From positions 1 through 29,093 of the forward strand of contig WQXV01000001.1 of NCBI GenBank assembly GCA_009781565.1: 29,093 bases of DNA, given 5' to 3'. Shown piece after piece: positions 17,966-24,493 of this stretch; the first letter of the stretch is position 1; the number at the start of each line of letters is the position of its first letter. The stretch is from Actinomycetes bacterium (GTDB taxonomy: Bacteria > Actinomycetota > Coriobacteriia > WRKU01). A model generated the notes under the pieces. That model was given only the letters and a program-made list of their open reading frames with translations, was not told where the DNA came from and made no database searches. A program made the translations under genes and the position numbers.

Positions 17966-18412
17966 ATGGACATCAAGCGCAGAAAAAAAGTTGCATCGAC
18001 CAACGATTGGGCGCGCGCCTACGCAGCTAAAGGAGGCATTCTACCGAAGGCGTTCCTGGCTGACGAGCAGACCAAAGGGCGCGGTACACGAGGTAATTCA
18101 TGGACCAGTCCTCCGGGATGGACCTATCTCTCGATCGCGTTCGCTCCACCGACCAAGGAAGCCACCGACCTGCCGCTGCTCGTAGCCCATGTGGTCCGCA
18201 ATACTCTTGAGAACACCGCCATCGGCGATTACTGGGTGAAACCTCCCAATGATGTCTATCATGGCGAGGACAAGGTCGCCGGCGTGCTCGTCGAGCAGAC
18301 CAAAGATGCCCTCGTGATCGGTATCGGTATCGACCGGGCGCCCGATGGTCTTGCCGATGAAGTCGTCGCTGCCATCGAGGAGCTCTATGCACGCTGGAGA
18401 GACGCCCCATAA
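17966..18412 (+). CDS. birA: Minimal biotin--protein ligase (catalytic core only, 148 aa)
   Basis: STN, QTKGRGTRGNSWTSP, LSI, KPPND, KVAGVLVE and GIGID match the ordered BPL motifs. The ATG sits 1 nt after the thrS stop. Confidence 0.8.
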   Translation: MDIKRRKKVASTNDWARAYAAKGGILPKAFLADEQTKGRGTRGNSWTSPPGWTYLSIAFAPPTKEATDLPLLVAHVVRNTLENTAIGDYWVKPPNDVYHGEDKVAGVLVEQTKDALVIGIGIDRAPDGLADEVVAAIEELYARWRDAP

Positions 18413-18444
18413 GCAGCACGAGAATCGTTTCAGGATGGGTACCG

Positions 18445-18473
18445 TTCAATAACCGGATGATTTGAGCTATACT
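18445..18473 (+). promoter_or_regulatory. Candidate promoter of the surface-protein gene
   Basis: TTCAAT, N17, TATACT. The -35 is weak and the -10 is good. Confidence 0.35.
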
Positions 18474-18531
18474 GGGTTCGCAAGCAAAGATGCTTCGTAC
18501 TTTGTGATGAACGGATAGTGATGGGGTCGTT

Positions 18532-19932
18532 ATGCACGGTTTTTTCGCAAGTATTTCTAAGAAATCTCTCACAGAACGAATAATCGCCATATTCTTGATG
18601 ACGGTGCTCATGTTGAGCACGTTCTCAGGTGTTGCGCAAGCCTGGCTGGTGACACCGCATGAAGATATCGGTGTGGGAGATATCATCTACTTCGGCTCGT
18701 ACCCACAGACAAGGATCGACGACGTGACCGATCTTGTCGAGGGTGTTGACTACCTCTCAGCATACGGTTCGACGTACCTTATCGAACCGATCGCATGGAG
18801 AGTATTGAGAAACGAAGATGGCGAGATATTCCTGCTCTCCCAGCTCGGCCTTGATTATGCGCAATGGTATGCTCCAGGCGGAGCCACTCATCGGGTCTGG
18901 GAGGAAAGCAGTGTGCGTGAATGGCTTTCTGAGGTATTCCTTGATGCGGCATTCACTGCATCCGAGCAAAATGCGATAGTGACCACGCTCGTAGAAACTC
19001 CCAGCTATTTTACGGCAGCTCCACTTGAAATTCCTGGTGGTCCCGATACCTATGACATGATATTTCTCCTCAGCCGCGAGGAGGCGTTTACTGCAAGTTT
19101 CGGGTTTGCGAGCAATACCGATCGCATATGCTATACCACGCAGTATGCCGTCGATAACCCAAGCGCTACGTACAGTGCGTCTCCTGACTACTGGTGGTTA
19201 CGCTCACCCTATAGCAATCCTGCTGCTGCAGCAGAGATATATACCTCTGGTGTTGTGATGAACGGTTTGTATCAATCATGGAATGCGGTGCGTCCAGCCT
19301 TCAATCTTGATGTGTCTCAAGTTGCATTCGAAGAAGTGGGAGAAGGTCAATTCATTGCCCATAAGTTGCTTGAGGTCGTATTCGATCCTCAGAATGGTGA
19401 TCCAAACACCACCGAGATGGTGATCCCTGGACAACCAGCGACCGATCCTGGTGTTCCCACCAAAGCTGGCTTTGTCTTCGACGGATGGTGGACCGAGCCG
19501 GCCGGTGGTACTAATTGGGACCTCGCAGATCCGGTCACCGAGGATATGACGCTCTACGCCCACTGGATCGAGCTCTTCACTGTCACCTTTGATGCGCAGA
19601 ACAGTACCGCTCCGGTCTCGACGACGGTTGAAGACGGCTCGACGGTCGCTATGCCCGGCAATCCGACCAAAGCAGGTTATACCTTCCTGGGTTGGTGGAC
19701 CGAGCCGAGTGGCGGCCAGCTATGGGATTTCACCAATGATACGGTCACAAGCGATATCACCCTCTACGGGCAGTGGATACCCAACACCCTTCCGCCCGTT
19801 CCACCGAAGCCTCCCGAGATACCACATACGGGCGACGAGACACTATTAGCCCCTCTGATGATCGTAGCTGTGATCGGCACTGCTCTGGTGTTCACATCGA
19901 TCTTGCGCAGGCGAGTCTCCATCGAAAGATAA
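18532..19932 (+). CDS. Sortase-anchored surface protein: signal peptide, DUF6273-like (WWLRSP) domain, two Listeria-Bacteroides (InlB B) repeats, IPHTG anchor
   Basis: Signal peptide ending AQA. W..S.VR.WL...F...F...EQ, IFLLS..EA, YWWLRSP...VRPAF. Two repeats of the form F D.Q..PTKAG..F.GWWTEP.GG..WD..V..D.TLY..W. Pro-rich linker, IPHTG, TM helix, RRR tail. Confidence 0.85.
   Translation: MHGFFASISKKSLTERIIAIFLMTVLMLSTFSGVAQAWLVTPHEDIGVGDIIYFGSYPQTRIDDVTDLVEGVDYLSAYGSTYLIEPIAWRVLRNEDGEIFLLSQLGLDYAQWYAPGGATHRVWEESSVREWLSEVFLDAAFTASEQNAIVTTLVETPSYFTAAPLEIPGGPDTYDMIFLLSREEAFTASFGFASNTDRICYTTQYAVDNPSATYSASPDYWWLRSPYSNPAAAAEIYTSGVVMNGLYQSWNAVRPAFNLDVSQVAFEEVGEGQFIAHKLLEVVFDPQNGDPNTTEMVIPGQPATDPGVPTKAGFVFDGWWTEPAGGTNWDLADPVTEDMTLYAHWIELFTVTFDAQNSTAPVSTTVEDGSTVAMPGNPTKAGYTFLGWWTEPSGGQLWDFTNDTVTSDITLYGQWIPNTLPPVPPKPPEIPHTGDETLLAPLMIVAVIGTALVFTSILRRRVSIER
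19372..19776 (+). repeat. Two tandem InlB B-type repeats (about 19372-19566 and 19576-19776)
   Basis: Shared protein motifs and DNA blocks, e.g. ACCAAAGC and TGGTGGACCGAGCCG in both units. Confidence 0.85.
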
Positions 19933-19967
19933 ACGGTTTCGAGCCCGAGACCGATCAAAAGATGTAT

Positions 19968-19995
19968 CAAAAACTCCTCGATCGAGGAGTTTTTG
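19968..19995. terminator. Bidirectional intrinsic terminator
   Basis: Perfect 28-bp palindrome CAAAAACTCCTCGATCGAGGAGTTTTTG with a T-tract on each strand, between the convergent surface-protein gene and coaX. Confidence 0.88.
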
Positions 19996-20031
19996 GTTTG
20001 AATCGTCCTCTACCCACTGAAGTCTTATCCT

Positions 20032-20814
20032 TCAGATACCAGATTCTTCGCGACGGGCGACCTCAAAGAGCCCGCAAAGCGTCAACTCGCTATCGATATG
20101 GGCGATAGAAGAGCAGAGCGGTGCCATGATCTGTGCAAGGCCCCCGGTCGCGATCACTGTGGGAGTCGAAACCGCACCGAGCTCCTCTATAACTTGGCTG
20201 ACCAGTCCATCCACTTTCGCCGCTTCGCCGCGCATCAAGCCTGCTTGGATCGCCTGTCTTGTCGAGGAACCTATGACGCGTTCAGGCGGGTCCAGATCGA
20301 CCGCGCTCAGCCGAGCGGCGTGAGAGAAGAGAGCATCTGCGCTGGTCTCTAAGCCCGGTGAGATCACCCCACCGCGATAGGCACTGCAGCCATCGATCAC
20401 ATCGATGTTGGTCGCTGTGCCGAAATCAACGACGATCGCCGGAGCGCCATAGCGCTGGATCGCACCGATCGCGTTAGCCAGCCGATCAGCACCAGCTTCA
20501 GCAGGATTATCCAGCAAGATCTCAAGTCCCCCGCAGCGCTGGGCGTCAACGAGCAGGATGTCGTCAGCTGGGAGCTCTCGGCTCAGTTCGACCCAATGGC
20601 TCGTCAGAGAGGGGACCACGCTGGCGATGACGACCCGGTCGATCGCCGCGGTCTCAATGCTATGTCTCGCAAAAAGGGAATGGATCAAAATAGCGAGTTC
20701 ATCAGGGGTTTTAGCTGATGTGGTGGCAATCCGGCCGGTATAGACCAGCTCTCCCGCATCGTTGAAAATGCCGAATGCGGTCTGGGTATTGCCGATGTCG
20801 ACGGCGAGCAGCAT
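20032..20814 (-). CDS. coaX: Type III pantothenate kinase
   Basis: MLLAVDIGNT, IASVVP, GADR, VVDFGTAT, GGVISPG, IATGG. SD GGGAGAGGA. Confidence 0.95.
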   Translation of the reverse strand: MLLAVDIGNTQTAFGIFNDAGELVYTGRIATTSAKTPDELAILIHSLFARHSIETAAIDRVVIASVVPSLTSHWVELSRELPADDILLVDAQRCGGLEILLDNPAEAGADRLANAIGAIQRYGAPAIVVDFGTATNIDVIDGCSAYRGGVISPGLETSADALFSHAARLSAVDLDPPERVIGSSTRQAIQAGLMRGEAAKVDGLVSQVIEELGAVSTPTVIATGGLAQIMAPLCSSIAHIDSELTLCGLFEVARREESGI

Positions 20815-20847
20815 GGGTCCTCTCCCGTACCTAAATCCGTTACTTAA

Positions 20848-20860
20848 TGGTAGAATTCTA
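20848..20860. promoter_or_regulatory. Palindromic divergent -10 region between coaX and the response regulator
   Basis: TAGAATTCTA (20851-20860) reads TAGAAT on both strands. The + strand copy has an extended TG at 20848-20849. Confidence 0.5.
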
Positions 20861-20908
20861 GCGTAAGAAGGTAGTCTTGTGCTACCCGATACCAGAAGAG
20901 GAGTACCT

Positions 20909-21616
20909 ATGTCAGGTCAGCCGATGCGTGTACTGGTAGTTGATGATGAGCACGCAATTACCGAGTTCGTGAGTTACAACCTCAAACGAGAAGGTTATGA
21001 GGTCGAAGTGGCTCACGATGGTAATTCTGCGTTGGAAATGGCACTGAATGGCGCATTCGACCTGATCATCCTTGATGTCATGCTTCCCGGAATGAGTGGC
21101 TTTGATGTCTGCCAGCGTCTTCGGACCCAATCCGATGTACCGGTGTTATTCCTCTCAGCGCGTGATACCGAGATCGACAAGGTCGTCGGTCTTGAGATCG
21201 GCGGCGACGATTATCTGGCAAAGCCCTTCGGGGTCAAAGAGCTCAACGCACGTATCAAAGCGTTGCTACGCCGTTCAGTCGGTGCCGGACGCGATATGTC
21301 CGAAACCCCCTCGACCATCGAAGTGGCAGGAGTGACCTTGGATGAGGCAGGCCATCGCGCCTATAGCGAAAAAGGCGAGATCGCGCTGACTCCTCGTGAA
21401 TACGAGTTGCTCTCTTGTCTGATGCGCAATGCGGGTAAGGTCCTGTCGCGAGACGACCTGCTGCAAGACGCATGGGGCTGGGAGTATCTGGTCGAGACCA
21501 AGACGGTCGATACCCATGTCAAACGCCTGCGCGATAAGCTCGAGGATGCCGGAGTCGATGCGAACCTGGTCGAGACGGTGCGCGGGTACGGCTATCGTTT
21601 CAAAGCTGACGAGTAA
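20909..21616 (+). CDS. OmpR/PhoB-family response regulator
   Basis: VVDDE, phospho-acceptor ILDVMLP, LSA, KPF, winged helix TVDTHVKRLRDKL / TVRGYGYRF. SD GAGGAG before the ATG at 20909. Confidence 0.95.
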   Translation: MSGQPMRVLVVDDEHAITEFVSYNLKREGYEVEVAHDGNSALEMALNGAFDLIILDVMLPGMSGFDVCQRLRTQSDVPVLFLSARDTEIDKVVGLEIGGDDYLAKPFGVKELNARIKALLRRSVGAGRDMSETPSTIEVAGVTLDEAGHRAYSEKGEIALTPREYELLSCLMRNAGKVLSRDDLLQDAWGWEYLVETKTVDTHVKRLRDKLEDAGVDANLVETVRGYGYRFKADE

Positions 21617-21642
21617 CCCTCACTTTTCGAGAGATAGAGGTT

Positions 21643-22791
21643 ATGGCAATACCACAGAATACGGTACGTTCACGTATCGCGGGGGCACTACGAAGATCTT
21701 CGTTCGTTGCAACGCTTGCAATGTTGTGCGTCGGGATCACCGCACTGTTGGCACCGAGTTACTACGGCTGGATCGTGCTGGGTGTCGGTGCCATCGTGGT
21801 GGCCACCGCTGCCTTTTTCTTCGCCGCTCCGACCTCATTGGCGGTACTCGGTGAGTTCTACAATGCGTTGGAGGCCATCGTCGAGTTCGCCACGGGCAAG
21901 AAGGATACCCGGGTGCGTAGTGCCGGCGCGCGTGATGTACGCCAATTGGCTGATGCATTCAATAAAGTAGCGGCTGAAAATGAGAGAGCGCTCAAAGCTC
22001 TCTCAGGCGAAGATGCGCGACAGACTCAGTTCGTCAGTGACGTCTCCCATGAGATACGCACCCCTCTTACCACCATCAGCGGTAACGCCGAGCTTATGTT
22101 GGTCAGTGAGGATATGCCGCGCGAGGTGCAAGAGCGTTTCTTGACCACCATCGTCAACGAAGCAGGACGTCTGGGGCGTCTGGCACAAGACCTGGTGACT
22201 CTGCAGCGTATCGAAGGGGCGACCGGCGAGCTCAAGCTGCGCAGTTTCAATCCCCGTGAGTCTGCCGAACTGGCAGAGCAGGCGCTCGAGGCGATCTTCG
22301 AGCTCCACGGTGTTTCATTTTTCATAAAAGGCGAGGCGCCCAATGTGTTGGGCGATCGTGACCGCATCCAACAGGTCATCGTGAATCTGGCCGATAACGC
22401 CGCGCGGGTCGTGGGCAAGAAAGGCAAGGTCTGGGTCGAGCTTTCGACCGCGTCACGAAACGATATCGACCAAAAACTGGTCAAAGCCCATGCGCTCGAG
22501 GTGGACACCTATGCTTTGTTGGCGGTCTGTGACAACGGTCCCGGTATTCCCGAAGATGAGCTCGGGCGCATTTTCGAACGTCTCTATCGCACCGATGAAT
22601 CACGCGCGCGCAACAGCGGCGGCGCCGGATTGGGACTCTCCATCGTCAAGGCGATCATCGATCGTCATGGTGGTGTGATCGAAGTTGCCAACCGCATCGG
22701 AGGCGGCATGCAGTTCTCGATCTATCTACCGGTCCCGCCCGAGTTCGATGCCGATGATGTCGGTACCAAGTGGGCAGGATGGGGAGACTGA
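21643..22791 (+). CDS. Sensor histidine kinase (2 TM with a very short loop, HAMP, HisKA, HATPase)
   Basis: H-box SHEIRTPL, N-box NLADNA, G1 DNGPGIP, F-box IFERLYR, G2 GAGLGL. Confidence 0.93.
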   Translation: MAIPQNTVRSRIAGALRRSSFVATLAMLCVGITALLAPSYYGWIVLGVGAIVVATAAFFFAAPTSLAVLGEFYNALEAIVEFATGKKDTRVRSAGARDVRQLADAFNKVAAENERALKALSGEDARQTQFVSDVSHEIRTPLTTISGNAELMLVSEDMPREVQERFLTTIVNEAGRLGRLAQDLVTLQRIEGATGELKLRSFNPRESAELAEQALEAIFELHGVSFFIKGEAPNVLGDRDRIQQVIVNLADNAARVVGKKGKVWVELSTASRNDIDQKLVKAHALEVDTYALLAVCDNGPGIPEDELGRIFERLYRTDESRARNSGGAGLGLSIVKAIIDRHGGVIEVANRIGGGMQFSIYLPVPPEFDADDVGTKWAGWGD

Positions 22792-23714
22792 TGGAGCAGA
22801 CCTATCCCCAAGTCGTCTCGGTATCACTCGGCTCGAGCGCCCGCGACCATAAGACCCATCTTGATCTGGGAGGACAGCGCTTCGAGATCTGGCGCGAAGG
22901 CTGTGATAATGACAAGAACAAGCTGATCAGGCGCCTGTGCGAGCTTAACGAGGACCCACGTGTCGCCGCAGTCGGGCTGGGTGGCCTCGATTTCTTCATG
23001 GAAAGTGCGGGAAGGCGCTATTGGTTCCGCGAGGTCAAGCCACTCAAGAAGTATGTTCCTGATAAGCCGTTCGTCGGCGGGGGAGGACTCAAAGGTGCGT
23101 TCGAGAAGCGTGCCGTACGTTACATGAGTGATGAGCTGGGTTGTGATCTGGCCGGTAAGAAGGTACTATGCCTGTCCGGTTTGGACCGCTGGGGCCTGGC
23201 CTGCGGCTTTGAGGAAGCTGGATCGCAGGTCTGCTATGGCGATCTGCTGTGGGCTTTGGGCATTCCGTGGGTGATCCGCTCACAAAAGACCTTCATCCGT
23301 ACCGCACATCTGGTGGCTCCGCTCGCCGTGCAACTTCCCTTTGCGATGCTCTATGACAGCAATACCGACCATCACAGCGAGCCCAAGCATAACGCGGCGG
23401 CAGAGCGTGAATACTATGACTGCGATATCATCGCGGGCGACTACAAGATGGTCGTCCAGCACATGCCACCGGACATGGAGGGTAAGTGGGTCATCACCAA
23501 CACTACCACCGCTGAAGACGTCGACTATCTTAGAGAGCGCGGCATCAAGCTGTTGGTCACCACCACCCCACGCTTGGAGGGACGCAGTTTTGGGACGAAT
23601 TTGATCGAAGCATGCCTGATCGCACTTGACGGTTCCTCAACTCAGTTGGAGCCTGAGCGCTATTCTCAGCTGGCCGACGAGTGCAAAATGATGCCCTCGG
23701 CCGAGTATCTGTGA
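22791..23714 (+). CDS. Uncharacterised conserved protein (family commonly auto-labelled 'quinate 5-dehydrogenase')
   Basis: Recognised from the VVSVSLGSS.RDH, GLGG, GGGGLK, ITNTTT and TTTPRLEGRSFGTN motifs. The function label is not established. TGATG-coupled to the kinase. Confidence 0.55.
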   Translation: MEQTYPQVVSVSLGSSARDHKTHLDLGGQRFEIWREGCDNDKNKLIRRLCELNEDPRVAAVGLGGLDFFMESAGRRYWFREVKPLKKYVPDKPFVGGGGLKGAFEKRAVRYMSDELGCDLAGKKVLCLSGLDRWGLACGFEEAGSQVCYGDLLWALGIPWVIRSQKTFIRTAHLVAPLAVQLPFAMLYDSNTDHHSEPKHNAAAEREYYDCDIIAGDYKMVVQHMPPDMEGKWVITNTTTAEDVDYLRERGIKLLVTTTPRLEGRSFGTNLIEACLIALDGSSTQLEPERYSQLADECKMMPSAEYL

Positions 23715-23748
23715 TATCTGTGGGAGCGGCTCTACCAAGGGCCATCTG

Positions 23749-23757
23749 TGATAAAAT
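23749..23757 (+). promoter_or_regulatory. Extended -10 promoter candidate for ccmEFAB
   Basis: TG-A-TAAAAT preceded by TG (TGTG), about 40 nt upstream of the ATG at 23797. Confidence 0.55.
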
Positions 23758-23796
23758 ATCGAAAGTTCAGGCACCATCCCTGCTGAAAGGAAGCAA

Positions 23797-24480
23797 ATGA
23801 ACAAGCGTGCGCGAAATCGGCTGATCGGCATATCAGTTATCATCGTCTTGGCGTTGATTGCACTGTTTGCGACGCTGAGCGCCAACAATAGTTCATATAA
23901 TATGACGGTGGCCGAGGCGGCTAAAGCCGAGAACGTAGGCAAGCGCGTCAAGGTCAGCGGTACCGTGGTCAACGGTTCGTGGGACAAGCGTACCAACCCC
24001 ATGCGATTCGAGATCCGCGACGAGGATGATGCGGATGGCACGGGGGCGGTCATCACCGTGGTCTATGCGGGTGCGACCGTACCTTCGACCTTCGGTGATG
24101 GGGTCACCGCGATCGTGACCGGTGAGATGGAAGAGGACGGTACAATCCGCTCGACCGAGATGATCACCAAATGCCCCTCCAAATACGAATCATCGACCGA
24201 TGCCTATACGGTAGCGCAGCTCAAGGAGCGCTCAGATACGATGGTGGGCGTGCCGGTCAAAGTTGCTGGTCTCGTCAAGGACGGAAAGGTCAATCCTTCC
24301 GGATCGGCGGTGCGTTTTGTGCTGGTCGATGCGCAAGGAGGCCCCGTTGAACTCAATATCGCCTATGAAGGGGCCCTGCAAGATGAAGTCGCCACCAGCG
24401 ATACCAAAGTCGTGGTGACCGGAGAGATGAACAACAACGGTGCGTTCGACGCAGTCAGCGTCGCCATCGAGGATAACTAG
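23797..24480 (+). CDS. ccmE: Heme chaperone CcmE, CxxxY type, with a second OB-fold copy
   Basis: N-terminal TM anchor, VKVSG.V..GS, V.Y.G..P..F, VTG, then KCPSKY (C126, Y130), followed by a paralogous domain. Lies directly upstream of ccmF. Confidence 0.88.
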   Translation: MNKRARNRLIGISVIIVLALIALFATLSANNSSYNMTVAEAAKAENVGKRVKVSGTVVNGSWDKRTNPMRFEIRDEDDADGTGAVITVVYAGATVPSTFGDGVTAIVTGEMEEDGTIRSTEMITKCPSKYESSTDAYTVAQLKERSDTMVGVPVKVAGLVKDGKVNPSGSAVRFVLVDAQGGPVELNIAYEGALQDEVATSDTKVVVTGEMNNNGAFDAVSVAIEDN

Positions 24481-24493
24481 GAGAGTTCACTAG

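Noticed and set aside
17983-17989. A7 run at the start of birA as a slippage or frameshift site
   Set aside because: The frame from ATG 17966 already gives the STN and later motifs, and thrS leaves no room for an upstream domain.
18474-18531. Cyclic-di-GMP-type riboswitch before the surface-protein gene (GCAAAG-like sequence, small hairpin AAGCA/TGCTT)
   Set aside because: The two-stem architecture and the GAAA tetraloop/receptor are missing, and the leader is too short.
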